This document shows positions 39,328 through 47,683 of a stretch of 64,000 nt of DNA, piece after piece. Where the stretch lies: contig JAZKAA010000003.1 of assembly GCA_040389385.1 (NCBI GenBank), forward strand, positions 39,295-103,294, given 5' to 3'. The position numbers were made by a program, and so were the translations under genes. Source of the DNA: Patescibacteria group bacterium. Its GTDB lineage: Bacteria; Patescibacteriota; Minisyncoccia; Phycocordibacterales; SBAW01. The number at the start of each line of letters is the position of its first letter. Position 1 is the first letter of the stretch. A model generated the notes under the pieces. It had not been told where the DNA came from. It saw only the letters and a list, made by a program, of their open reading frames with translations, and ran no database searches.

Positions 39328-39350
39328 TACCCTGAGCTTGTCGAAGGGTT
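39328..39350. promoter_or_regulatory. copy B of the 23-nt motif TACCCTGAGCTTGTCGAAGGGTT, 14 nt upstream of the -35 of a TTGACA-N16-TACTGT promoter (39365-39392)
   Basis: 22/23 identical to copy A; same terminator / motif / promoter order. Confidence 0.5.
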
Positions 39351-39392
39351 TGTGCACAGCGGCGTTGACAGGTTTTCTGCAAGCGCTACTGT

Positions 39393-39620
39393 TACCTTGC
39401 ACACCCCGCGGCCCCTGTCCAAGGTTCGTCCTGGATGACACAGTGGAGCGGAAGATGGTGATGCGAACCTGGAGAACGGTCATGAAAATGACTATCGCGC
39501 GCGTCTCGGCTCACGACGGATCCTAAGTCAGGGTCGTCGTTGAGCTGATGCTTTGCTGGGCTCGGAAGAGCCTTACTATCGGCCCCCGGTGATTCGTCAC
39601 CGGGGGTTGAATCTTTTTAT
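39393..39620 (+). ncRNA. candidate ~225-nt non-coding transcript or long leader between promoter B and a strong hairpin + T-tract (39583-39618) upstream of rpsA
   Basis: No convincing ORF (the 71-aa ORF 39311..39526 looks non-protein-like); ends with CCCCCGGTGA-ttcg-TCACCGGGGG then TTGAATCTTTTT. No tmRNA, RNase P or SRP signature motifs recognised by eye. Confidence 0.25.
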
Positions 39621-39634
39621 ATACCGTGTATAGT
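39607..39634 (+). promoter_or_regulatory. putative rpsA promoter TTGAAT-N16-TATAGT immediately 3' of the hairpin
   Basis: Read directly; 89-nt leader to the rpsA ATG at 39724. Confidence 0.4.
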
Positions 39635-39723
39635 GCCTATCAATAAGAAGCCTCGTGCTTTTTATTAACCGGCTCGGTGTTAATCCTGGCATTTAGCTAG
39701 AGCGCCGACCAACAACCAAATAA

Positions 39724-40824
39724 ATGTCTAAAGAAGCTGAACAAGTTGATATTGATGTACCTGCATCCGTGATGCAGGCCTTTGCCGAGCAGGCACAGGA
39801 GGTCCCGCGCGAGGGCGAGATAGTCGAGGGCAAGGTTTTGGCCTTGGACCGCGCACGGCTCTACATCGACCTGCCGCCGTGGGGCACGGGCATTATCTAC
39901 GGACGCGAGTATATGGCCGCCCGCGAGGTCATCAAGCGCACCAATGTCGGCGATATTATCGCCGCCAAAATAATCTCCACCAATACCAAAGACGGCTACA
40001 TCGAGCTCTCGCTCAAAGAGGCGCGCCAGGCCGCCACATGGGCGCAGGCCGAGGAGATACTCAAGAGCAAGGCTTTGCTCGAGCTGGTTATCAAAGAGGC
40101 AAACAAGGGCGGGCTTATTATCGAGTGGCAGGGTCTGAGTGGCTTTCTCCCCGCGTCGCAGCTCAAGGCCGAGCACTACCCGCGCGTAGCCGACGGCGAC
40201 AAGGACAAAATACAAGTCGAGTTGCGCAAACTGGTCGGGACTAAAATTCCGGTCTCGGTAATCGGCGTCAGTCCGAAGGAAGGCAAACTAATATTTAGCG
40301 AAAAGGGCGTTGATGATAAAGAAAAGCAGGAGCTCATACAAAATTACAATGTCGGCGACACCGTTACCGGCGAAGTTACGGGCATGGTTGACTTTGGCGT
40401 CTTTGTTAAGTTGGAAGAGGGCTTGGAGGGCCTCGTGCACATAAGCGAAATTGACTGGGGCTTGGTAGATGACCCGCGCCACTTCTTTAAGGTGGGCGAA
40501 AAGCTCAAGGTTAAGATAATTGATATAAAAGAGGGCAAGATAAGTCTGTCTGTGAAGCAGCTCAAGGACAACCCGTGGCAGGTCGCAAGCGAAAAGTATC
40601 ACAAGGGCGACAAAGTCGAGGGCGTGGTGATTAAATTTAACAAGCACGGCGCGCTCGCCTCTATCGAGGAGGGCATCGCAGGGCTTATCCACGTCAGCGA
40701 GTTTGGCACCGAGGAGGGTCTGCGCCGCAACCTCTCGCTCGGCAGCCGCTACCCGTTTACAATCTCGTTGTTTGACCCCAAGGAAATGCGCATGGCACTC
40801 TCCTACACCGGCGACAAGAAATAG
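39724..40824 (+). CDS. rpsA: 30S ribosomal protein S1 (compact four-S1-domain form)
   Basis: 366 aa; repeated S1 OB-fold motifs (GEIVEGKV..., GDTVTGEVTGMVDFGVFVKL, GDKVEGVVIKFNKHGALASI). Confidence 0.9.
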   Translation: MSKEAEQVDIDVPASVMQAFAEQAQEVPREGEIVEGKVLALDRARLYIDLPPWGTGIIYGREYMAAREVIKRTNVGDIIAAKIISTNTKDGYIELSLKEARQAATWAQAEEILKSKALLELVIKEANKGGLIIEWQGLSGFLPASQLKAEHYPRVADGDKDKIQVELRKLVGTKIPVSVIGVSPKEGKLIFSEKGVDDKEKQELIQNYNVGDTVTGEVTGMVDFGVFVKLEEGLEGLVHISEIDWGLVDDPRHFFKVGEKLKVKIIDIKEGKISLSVKQLKDNPWQVASEKYHKGDKVEGVVIKFNKHGALASIEEGIAGLIHVSEFGTEEGLRRNLSLGSRYPFTISLFDPKEMRMALSYTGDKK

Positions 40825-40857
40825 TACGTACATAGGTACGTACCTAAGTACGTAATA
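40822..40857. repeat. three phased direct repeats TAGTACGTACAT / AGGTACGTACCT / AAGTACGTAATA (11-12-nt period) in the convergent rpsA / response-regulator intergenic region
   Basis: Read directly; followed by the bidirectional terminator AAAAAAACCGCCTCGTCA-cttt-GACGGAGCGGTTT. Confidence 0.5.
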
Positions 40858-40871
40858 AAAAAACCGCCTCG

Positions 40872-41558
40872 TCACTTTGACGGAGCGGTTTGCGTTTGAG
40901 CGGGTTGTTCAGGGTGCTTCCAGGAGTAGCCAACTCCATACAGAGTCAAAATGTGATCCGTCCTGCATCCGACTGACCGAAGGATGTCGCGCACTTTGCG
41001 TATATTGCTATCCACCGACCTCATATCAAGGTGGCCGGGAATGCCATACCGGTCGGCAAGAAACTCACGGCTTACAAACTTGCCAGCGCGCAGGAGCAAC
41101 GCCTCGATAGCGCTAAACAGCGCTGTCGGGACGTAAATCTCTTCCCTCTCACCATACCGGATGCGGTGTGTCTCGATATCCACCTCAAGGTCGCCGGATC
41201 GTATCACCGATGACGCAAATCCGTGATATCTTCGCGCCACCGCAAAGAGCCTTGGCAAGAGTTCCTTCCGCGAGCAAACAAAGTCGTCTGCTCCCGCCTC
41301 AAGACTCTCAATCTCGCCGATTGCCCACTCGTTGTCGACCACGACCACGAGCGGTGCTGCTGCGAGTAAGTGGATTTTTGTTATGTCTGCAAAGTCGTCG
41401 TCAACCAACGTTGACCTCGCCAACACAATCGCGTCAGCCTTGCAGGAGTCGGCGAGCTCGACCGCCCTGCTTATGGACGTAACTTGCGAGACATGCCACA
41501 GGCGGCTTAGCGCCGTGGCTCCCCGAAGGCGGGCGTCGCCCACAACTATTGCACGCAT
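40872..41558 (-). CDS. OmpR-family response-regulator-like protein with an atypical (phospho-acceptor-less) receiver domain
   Basis: 228 aa. C-terminal winged helix YVPTALFSAIEALLLRAGKFVSREFL...LYGVGYSW (trans_reg_C). N-terminal receiver-like fold, but DD -> GD (IVVGDARL) and the DLVLLD phospho-Asp position reads AIVLAR; GADDFVCSRKELLPRL retained. No histidine kinase in the window. Confidence 0.65.
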   Translation of the reverse strand: MRAIVVGDARLRGATALSRLWHVSQVTSISRAVELADSCKADAIVLARSTLVDDDFADITKIHLLAAAPLVVVVDNEWAIGEIESLEAGADDFVCSRKELLPRLFAVARRYHGFASSVIRSGDLEVDIETHRIRYGEREEIYVPTALFSAIEALLLRAGKFVSREFLADRYGIPGHLDMRSVDSNIRKVRDILRSVGCRTDHILTLYGVGYSWKHPEQPAQTQTAPSK

Positions 41559-41630
41559 GGTCTCTCCTTGTCGTTATCCACCCCGAGCATACGCAAGGCC
41601 GGCTATGTAGTCAATTAAAAAACCGCCTCG

Positions 41631-42020
41631 TCATGTCGACGGGGCGGTTTTGGTTGATGGAGGCCGAAGTACGTACCCCCTCTTCATGGTCTGCGGCAAA
41701 TACAAATCCGCATCGTCCCCAAACTTTGACCTAAGGTGGTTGTAACAGGCGGTGACGATTCTTTGTTGCGGCAGCCCGCTGGACCCATAGATATGAAGAG
41801 CCAACGTTGACAAACTGACAGGGACACCGTTCCTAAGAGCAAGGTAGCGCAAAAGATTGTGCTCTTTTACACTTACACTCAAGAACTTGTCTTTGAAGAA
41901 AACCATAGTCGACACCAGACTAAGTTTGAGTTCCCCCACTACAATTTCGTAGGGATAAGGGCTCTTGCGTACACGTACATTCATGCCGTGTCTCCCCTGT
42001 TCCGTCGTGAGTATACCCAA
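41631..42020 (-). CDS. stand-alone OmpR-type winged-helix DNA-binding domain protein (129 aa)
   Basis: LSVSVKEHNLLRYLALRNGVPVSLSTLALHIYG...YNHLRSKFGDD...TMKRGYVL = trans_reg_C pattern without a receiver. Confidence 0.55.
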   Translation of the reverse strand: MGILTTEQGRHGMNVRVRKSPYPYEIVVGELKLSLVSTMVFFKDKFLSVSVKEHNLLRYLALRNGVPVSLSTLALHIYGSSGLPQQRIVTACYNHLRSKFGDDADLYLPQTMKRGYVLRPPSTKTAPST

Positions 42021-42073
42021 GCGCCGTTTTGCGGCAAGGCAATAAAAAAACCGCTCCCAATGTGGGGCGGTTT

Positions 42074-43039
42074 TTATGTGCGTGCGGTTATCATCTCCGA
42101 AAGCGACTGCCCGTCGTGCGTACGACGGATTGCCTCGGCGACTTTTGGCGCAAGCGACAGCACCGTTACCTTGACCCGCTTGGTCTCAAGCCGTTCCGGC
42201 GTATGAGGGATCGAGTCTGTGACGATAATCTCGGAGAACGGACTGTCATCAAAGATTGCCGCTCCTTTGGAAAAGAGCGCGTGCGTGGCAAAGGCATACA
42301 TGTCTTTTGCCCCGGCATCCTTTGCAGCCTTGGCGTTGGCAATAAGTGTGCCGCCGCTGTCGATGATATCATCGACAATCAGCACATGTTTGCCGGCAAC
42401 ATCGCCGATGATGTTCACCTTTTCGACGGCACCTGCATTTTTACGCCGCTTGTCGCAGATGACCAGACTTGCCTCGCCGTTGTTAAGGAGCTCGAGGTAC
42501 TTCGAGGCCCGGGGCACCGCACCATTGTCCGGGGCAGCAACCACGTAGTCCCCGCTGAGTATGGTGCGGAGGTACGGCACCGCCACGATAGAACCATAGA
42601 GGTGGTCCGTGACCATTTGGGGATGAAAGTGTGCTGCCGTCTGCTCCGAGTGGAGATCAAACAGCAACGCACGGTCAGCCCCGCGGTGTTTCAGCATATC
42701 CATCATCACGTGCGCGCTGATGGGTACGCGCGGCTTGTCCTTGCGGTCTTGCCGGTTGTAGCCAAGGTAGGTCGGCACGAGCGTGATGCGCTCCGCCGAC
42801 GAGTATCGGGCTGCCTCGCATAAAAGCATCATCTCGATCCAATTTTCCGCCGGCGGACACAGTGAGCCGACGATGTAGAGGTCGGCGCCGCGCACGTTCT
42901 GCTTTATCTCAACGCGCACCTCGCCGTCGCCAAAGCGCCCGACCAATGCGTCGCCAAGATTGACGCTAAGATGCCCGCAAATCTTTTCGGCGAGCACCCG
43001 GCCTGAGCCGGTGGCAAAAACCATCATCCTGTCAGCCAT
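42074..43039 (-). CDS. prs: ribose-phosphate pyrophosphokinase (start adjusted to MADRMMVFATGSG ~43038; the track ORF has a 60-codon TTG-started extension)
   Basis: Prs N-domain, PRPP-binding VLIVDDIIDSGGTL, C-terminal flexible loop. Confidence 0.88.
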   Translation of the reverse strand: MADRMMVFATGSGRVLAEKICGHLSVNLGDALVGRFGDGEVRVEIKQNVRGADLYIVGSLCPPAENWIEMMLLCEAARYSSAERITLVPTYLGYNRQDRKDKPRVPISAHVMMDMLKHRGADRALLFDLHSEQTAAHFHPQMVTDHLYGSIVAVPYLRTILSGDYVVAAPDNGAVPRASKYLELLNNGEASLVICDKRRKNAGAVEKVNIIGDVAGKHVLIVDDIIDSGGTLIANAKAAKDAGAKDMYAFATHALFSKGAAIFDDSPFSEIIVTDSIPHTPERLETKRVKVTVLSLAPKVAEAIRRTHDGQSLSEMITART

Positions 43040-43127
43040 GATGTCAAACTCCCGGTGAATTTTTTCGACGAATCCGCGCCAACTATACGCGAGTACGGAG
43101 TGGCAAGCAACAAAAAAACCGCCAATG

Positions 43128-43523
43128 TCATTTGGCGGCTTGTGTGTCGGGATTAATGAGCTTATAGCCCTTGGAACGCACGGATTTGATGAAGTTCTTC
43201 CCCTCGCACTGGCTCGCAAGGGCTCGCCGCAATAGAGATGCCTGCGTGTCCAGGTTTCGCTTGCATCGGCACTTAGAGCCGTAGAGATGTGTGTGCAACT
43301 TGTCGTGCTCTACCACCTCCTCGGCATCTTGTGCCAGACGATCAAGAAGCAAAAACGACTTCTTGAGCAACGAGACAGGCCTTCCTTTGTACATGACGCA
43401 TATCTGACTGAGATGAATAGCCAACCCGCCGAGCTGCACCACGCGCTCTTTTGTTGCCGCTTCTTGCATGCTCAACGCTCCCCTGTTCCGCAGAGAGTAT
43501 AGCGCCCCTACTCGCGCACGCAA
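43128..43523 (-). CDS. stand-alone OmpR-type winged-helix DNA-binding domain protein (131 aa)
   Basis: VSLLKKSFLLLDRLAQDAEEVVEHDKLHTHLYG...LLRRAL...IKSVRSKGYKL = trans_reg_C pattern. Confidence 0.55.
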   Translation of the reverse strand: MRARVGALYSLRNRGALSMQEAATKERVVQLGGLAIHLSQICVMYKGRPVSLLKKSFLLLDRLAQDAEEVVEHDKLHTHLYGSKCRCKRNLDTQASLLRRALASQCEGKNFIKSVRSKGYKLINPDTQAAK

Positions 43524-43526
43524 CCC

Positions 43527-44045
43527 TTAGCGGCTGTTTATTTCGCTCATCGCACGGTCTTTGCCGTGCTCTATTAGTAGCTCGAGCGCTTCGCCCACCA
43601 GTTTTTTAACTTTCTTTAGCTTTTCTTTGTCTGCGGGTTTAAATTTGCCCAGCACAAAGTCGGTAATCTTTTCGGGCGCGGGGCGACGCAGCTTGCCGCC
43701 CGCCGTTGCATTGCTTATCCCCACGCGCACGCGCACATACTCCTTGGTCTTGAGCGCCTTCTCTATACTTTTTACCCCGTTGTGCCCGCCAGCGCTGCTA
43801 CCGTAAGAGATTTTGACACGGCCAAGCGGCATGTCGAGCTCATCATGCACCACGACCAGATTTTTGCCCATGCCTATTGCCTTTTTTATCGCAGGACCGC
43901 TGTTGTTCATATACACATTCAGCTCTATCACCTTGGCGCCGGACAATTTGTCCTTAAGCTGCTCTACAAGCTCCTTGCCGACGTTGTGCCGGGTACTTGC
44001 GTACTCGTCGCCGGGGTTTCCCAATCCTACAATCGTGTATTTCAT
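43527..44045 (-). CDS. pth: peptidyl-tRNA hydrolase (start adjusted to MKYTIVGLGNPG)
   Basis: IVGLGNPGDEYASTRHNVG; HDELDMPLGRVKISYGSSAGGHNGVKSI. Confidence 0.85.
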   Translation of the reverse strand: MKYTIVGLGNPGDEYASTRHNVGKELVEQLKDKLSGAKVIELNVYMNNSGPAIKKAIGMGKNLVVVHDELDMPLGRVKISYGSSAGGHNGVKSIEKALKTKEYVRVRVGISNATAGGKLRRPAPEKITDFVLGKFKPADKEKLKKVKKLVGEALELLIEHGKDRAMSEINSR

Positions 44046-44080
44046 ATTGACTCCTACACAATAACCCATACAATTGCTCC

Positions 44081-44635
44081 ATGCCACAGGAGAGAAGTGA
44101 AAATTTTTTCACCGAGCTCCTCAAGTTTATAGTAGTTGCGGCCGTTATCGTCATACCGATACGCTTTTTTGTCGCGCAACCCTTTATTGTCTCGGGCGAA
44201 AGCATGCACCCCACGTTTGAAAACGGCCAATACCTCGTAGTAGATGAGCTCTCGTACCGCTTTGTCCCGCCGGCACATGGCGATGTAATTATCTTTAAGT
44301 ATCCGCGCGATCCGCGCGAGTACTTTATCAAGCGCATCATCGGCTTGCCCGGCGAGACAGTTAGTATTGCAGGCGGCGAGGTGTCCGTCACCGACGCGAG
44401 CGGCCACACCACCGCCCTGCAGGAGCCGTACGTACACGGAGCAACCAGCGGCAACGACGCCACCTACAGAGTCGGCGCCGACGAGTACTTTGTGATGGGC
44501 GACAATCGCACCCAGAGCTCCGACAGCCGCATCTGGGGCCTCTTGCCGCGGCAAAATATTGTCGGCCGCGCGATCGTGCGGCTCTTCCCCATCTCCTCCA
44601 TTGGCATTTTCCCCGGCAGTATCAGCTCTCAATAA
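44081..44635 (+). CDS. lepB: signal peptidase I
   Basis: N-terminal TM, SGESMHPTF (Ser box), GDNRTQSSDSRIWG (Lys/Asp box region). Confidence 0.85.
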   Translation: MPQERSENFFTELLKFIVVAAVIVIPIRFFVAQPFIVSGESMHPTFENGQYLVVDELSYRFVPPAHGDVIIFKYPRDPREYFIKRIIGLPGETVSIAGGEVSVTDASGHTTALQEPYVHGATSGNDATYRVGADEYFVMGDNRTQSSDSRIWGLLPRQNIVGRAIVRLFPISSIGIFPGSISSQ

Positions 44636-45779
44636 TATGAGCATCACAGTACGAGTACCTGTCATCAAAGCTGCTGCACCGCGGCGCGGCGCACCGGTTG
44701 GATTTATCAAACTCTCCTCCGACGTCTCGTCGTTTTACGGCTTTAAACCTATCAAGGCACAGAGCTTTGCTGCGGCCGCCGCTGCACTCTCGGCCCAGCA
44801 TGCGGCACATCCCACCGAGCCCGCGCTGGCATACTTTGCATCGCACTCGCCGGCGCAGCTGCCTTTGCAGACCGGCCTTAACCTGCGCGAGGTGAGCGAG
44901 TTTACTATCTCGGCGGTCGGCGCACCGGGGAGCGTCGGCGAGGTCATACTGATAAAAACGGCCGCCAATATTGCCGAGGAGTGGGGTGCAACCGTGTCGC
45001 GCGTACGCGTCAACGCGCTCGGCGACAAAGACAGCAAGCTGCGCTTTGCACGCGAGCTGGCCAGCTACCTCAGGCGCCACGCGACCGAGCTTAACGACGA
45101 GTGCCGCGAGATGCTGGGCCGCGACCCTATCGCCGCGTTTGCCTGCCAGACACTTGTGAGCCGCGAGGTGGTCGAGGCCGGCCCGCGCCCAATGAACTTT
45201 CTTACAGAAAAGAGCCGCGCGCACTTTAGGGAGGTGCTAGAACACTTGGAAAAGATTGGTCTCCCCTACGAGTTGGACGACACGCTGGTCGGCGACGAGC
45301 GCGAGCCTCGCGTCGCCTTTGCGCTCGACTTGGCCGAGGAGGATGCCACGATACGCCTGGTCCAGGGCGGCAGGTTTGATGACTACCTGCGGCGCATCAC
45401 CAACAAAAAGGAGGGCTCGGCAGTATCGGCCTCTTTGTTTTTTGAAAAGCAGGGCCCCGCCCGCGGCGCCGTTGCACTGCCCGAGATCCGCCGCCGCGCC
45501 AAGATATTTTTTGTCCAGCTGGGCCTGCCCGCCAAGCTTATGGGGCTACGTGTACTCGAGGAGCTGCGCCGCGCGGGCGTGCCGGTGCTGCAGACGTTTA
45601 ACTCCTCATCGCTGGGGCCGCAATTGCAGGCAGCCCGCGACGCCAAAGTGACGCATTTGATAATTATGGGAGCGCGCGAGGCCCTCGACGGCACGGTCTT
45701 GGTGCGCGAGATGTCCAACTCATCGCAAGAGGTCATGCCTGTCGCCCACTTGGCCCGCCACTTGAAAAATTTGAAGTAG
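44634..45779 (+). CDS. hisS: histidyl-tRNA synthetase-like class II aaRS (divergent; start adjusted to MSITVRV overlapping the lepB stop)
   Basis: HisRS-like segments LNDECREMLGR, TEKSRAHFREVLEHLEKIGLPYELDDTLVGDE...VQGGRFDDY (HisRS motif-3 region GGRYD) and C-terminal anticodon-binding fold IFFVQLG...LEELRRAGVPV...IIMGAREALDGTVLVREM. Motif-2 region degenerate (LNLREVSEF where GRYREF is expected). Confidence 0.6.
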   Translation, partial: NMSITVRVPVIKAAAPRRGAPVGFIKLSSDVSSFYGFKPIKAQSFAAAAAALSAQHAAHPTEPALAYFASHSPAQLPLQTGLNLREVSEFTISAVGAPGSVGEVILIKTAANIAEEWGATVSRVRVNALGDKDSKLRFARELASYLRRHATELNDECREMLGRDPIAAFACQTLVSREVVEAGPRPMNFLTEKSRAHFREVLEHLEKIGLPYELDDTLVGDEREPRVAFALDLAEEDATIRLVQGGRFDDYLRRITNKKEGSAVSASLFFEKQGPARGAVALPEIRRRAKIFFVQLGLPAKLMGLRVLEELRRAGVPVLQTFNSSSLGPQLQAARDAKVTHLIIMGAREALDGTVLVREMSNSSQEVMPVAHLARHLKNLK

Positions 45780-45800
45780 TCTGCTACTCTGTGCAGGCTT

Positions 45801-46055
45801 ATGGCAGTAAACGCAGAGGTCCAGAAAAACGATAACGAGACGGCGGTCAACCTGATCCGCCGCTTTAGCAAGCGCGTACAAGGCGCCGGCCTACTTCCGC
45901 GCATGCGCTCTAACCGCTACAAGACCCGCGCACTGTCCCCCGCTGTCCGCCGCAAGAACGCGCTCAAGCGCCTTGCCCGCCGCGAAAACGTCCAAGAGCT
46001 CATCAAACTCGGCAAAATGATAGAAACTCCCCGCCGCGGACGTGGTAGACGCTAA
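45801..46055 (+). CDS. rpsU: 30S ribosomal protein S21
   Basis: 84 aa, basic; VNLIRRFSKRVQGAGLLPRMRSNRYKTRALSPAVRRKNALKRLARRE. Confidence 0.8.
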   Translation: MAVNAEVQKNDNETAVNLIRRFSKRVQGAGLLPRMRSNRYKTRALSPAVRRKNALKRLARRENVQELIKLGKMIETPRRGRGRR

Positions 46056-46404
46056 ATTCAACAAAATTAAAGAGTATGTGCTCGGCAAACGCTACGACCT
46101 GTCCGTGGCGTTTTTGACTGCTCCCAAAATGCGAGCGGTCACCAAAAAGACCAAGGGCACAAATCACGTCAGTAATGTACTCTCCTTTCCCCTCTCCAAA
46201 ACCTCGGGCGAGATACTCATCTGTAAAAGCGCGGCAAAGCCCTTTACGGTTGAGTATCTGTTTATCCACGGGCTCTGCCACCTCAAAGGGCTCAAACATG
46301 GTGCTAGTATGGAGGCTAAGGAAGCCCAAATTTTAAAAAAGTTTGGTCTCCGCCAGTATGCAATCAATAGTAACCGGCATAGACGTAGGCTCGCATCACG
46401 TTAA
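46042..46404 (+). CDS. ybeY: rRNA maturation endoribonuclease YbeY
   Basis: Metal-binding motif IHGLCHLKGLKHG (H..G.xHLxGxxH). Confidence 0.75.
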   Translation: MVDAKFNKIKEYVLGKRYDLSVAFLTAPKMRAVTKKTKGTNHVSNVLSFPLSKTSGEILICKSAAKPFTVEYLFIHGLCHLKGLKHGASMEAKEAQILKKFGLRQYAINSNRHRRRLASR

Positions 46405-47539
46405 GGTCGTTATTGCGCAATCTCCAACCGACCCGCGTGAGCTCCCCCAGATACTGGGCACCGGCTACGCCGAGAGTCGCGGGGTACAAAAGGGCTACGT
46501 CACCGGCGTGCAAGACGCGGCACGCTCTATCGCAGCTGCGCTCTCACAGGCCAGCAAGGCCGCACGGGTCAAGGTCAAGCGCGCGCACCTATCTATCGGC
46601 GGTATGGGGCTCGAGGAGGCCGCCGCGCGCGGCGAGGTGGTTGTCGAGAGGGGCGACAGCATGGTCACCGACAGAGACTTGGCGCGCGCGGCCAAAGCGG
46701 CCGAGGCCGCACTGGCGCCGCAAAACACGCTTAACCGCCGCATACTGCACTCGATACCATTAAGTTATTGGATAGACGGCACCAAAGTACTGGGCAAAAA
46801 CCCCGCGGGGATGAAGGGGGCCCGCGTCAGCGTTGAGATGCTGTTTGTAACCGCGCTCGAACGCCACGTACACGACCTTGTCGAGGCCACCGAGAGCGCG
46901 GGTGTGGAGGTCGAGGACGTGGTCGCGTCGCCGATTGCGGCCTCGTTTGTGGCACTCAACAAAATGCAAAAGCGCGTGGGTTGCATCTTGTGCAACATCG
47001 GCGCGGAGACAACATCTGTTGCCGTGTTTGAAGACTCAGCGCCCGTATCGGTAAAGGTATTCCCCACCGGGGGCTCGGATATCACCAACGACCTTGCGCT
47101 TGGTTTGCGCATCAGTCCTGAAGAGGCCGAGCAATTTAAATTGGGTGCGGTATTGGGCAGCACATTCCCCAAGCGCACGGTCGAAACTATTCTCAACCGC
47201 CGCACGCAAGACCTCTTTAAACAAGTCGAGGCTCATTTAAAAAAGATTGGGCGCGCGGAGTTGTTGCCCGCAGGCGTGGTCCTGACCGGCGGCGGCTCGC
47301 AGCTACATGGCGCGGCCGAGTTGGCCAAGCAGGTGCTCAAATTGCCCGCGCGTATCGCAGGCGCCGACAACTCCAGCCAAGGCGGCCGCTGGCAAGGCCA
47401 GGGCGGCAGCTGGGCGGTGGCCTACGGCCTGACTGTCTGGGGCGCGAGCGAAGGGGCGGAGTTCGAAAATCACGAGCAGGGGGTCTTTATGGACGGGCTC
47501 CGTTCGCTCTGGCGCTGGTTTAAAAAATTCTTGCCGTAA
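46343..47539 (+). CDS. ftsA: cell division protein FtsA
   Basis: 398 aa actin-like ATPase; GIDVGSHHVKVVIAQ..., LTGGGSQLHG. Confidence 0.85.
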   Translation: MVSASMQSIVTGIDVGSHHVKVVIAQSPTDPRELPQILGTGYAESRGVQKGYVTGVQDAARSIAAALSQASKAARVKVKRAHLSIGGMGLEEAAARGEVVVERGDSMVTDRDLARAAKAAEAALAPQNTLNRRILHSIPLSYWIDGTKVLGKNPAGMKGARVSVEMLFVTALERHVHDLVEATESAGVEVEDVVASPIAASFVALNKMQKRVGCILCNIGAETTSVAVFEDSAPVSVKVFPTGGSDITNDLALGLRISPEEAEQFKLGAVLGSTFPKRTVETILNRRTQDLFKQVEAHLKKIGRAELLPAGVVLTGGGSQLHGAAELAKQVLKLPARIAGADNSSQGGRWQGQGGSWAVAYGLTVWGASEGAEFENHEQGVFMDGLRSLWRWFKKFLP

Positions 47540-47683
47540 CCAATGACCCGTCGGTCAAAAGATTTATTCGTGTTGGTTGCCATAATTTTGGCGGCTATCC
47601 CGGAGACGAAACTACTATCTAGGGTAACATTGTATATAGTTCCCTTTTTTAGGCTATTGACATTTTAAATAAATAGGAGTATA

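Noticed and set aside
38935-39483. 182-aa minus-strand ORF spanning the rpsA-upstream region
   Set aside because: Crosses two intrinsic terminators and both promoter cassettes; Arg/Cys/Pro-rich; no RBS.
38962-39620. Possibility that the rpsA-upstream non-coding stretch encodes tmRNA, RNase P RNA, SRP RNA or 6S RNA
   Set aside because: No tRNA-like 3' end (TTCGA...CCACCA), no GGAAAGTCCGGGC (RNase P P4) and no GGAAGGAAGCAGC-type SRP motif was found by eye. It is kept only as an unclassified ncRNA/leader candidate.
41664-41676. Single AAGTACGTACCC copy of the GTACGTAC motif
   Set aside because: It lies inside the coding sequence of the stand-alone wHTH gene and simply encodes the conserved G-Y-V-L of the winged helix, so it is not counted as a regulatory site.
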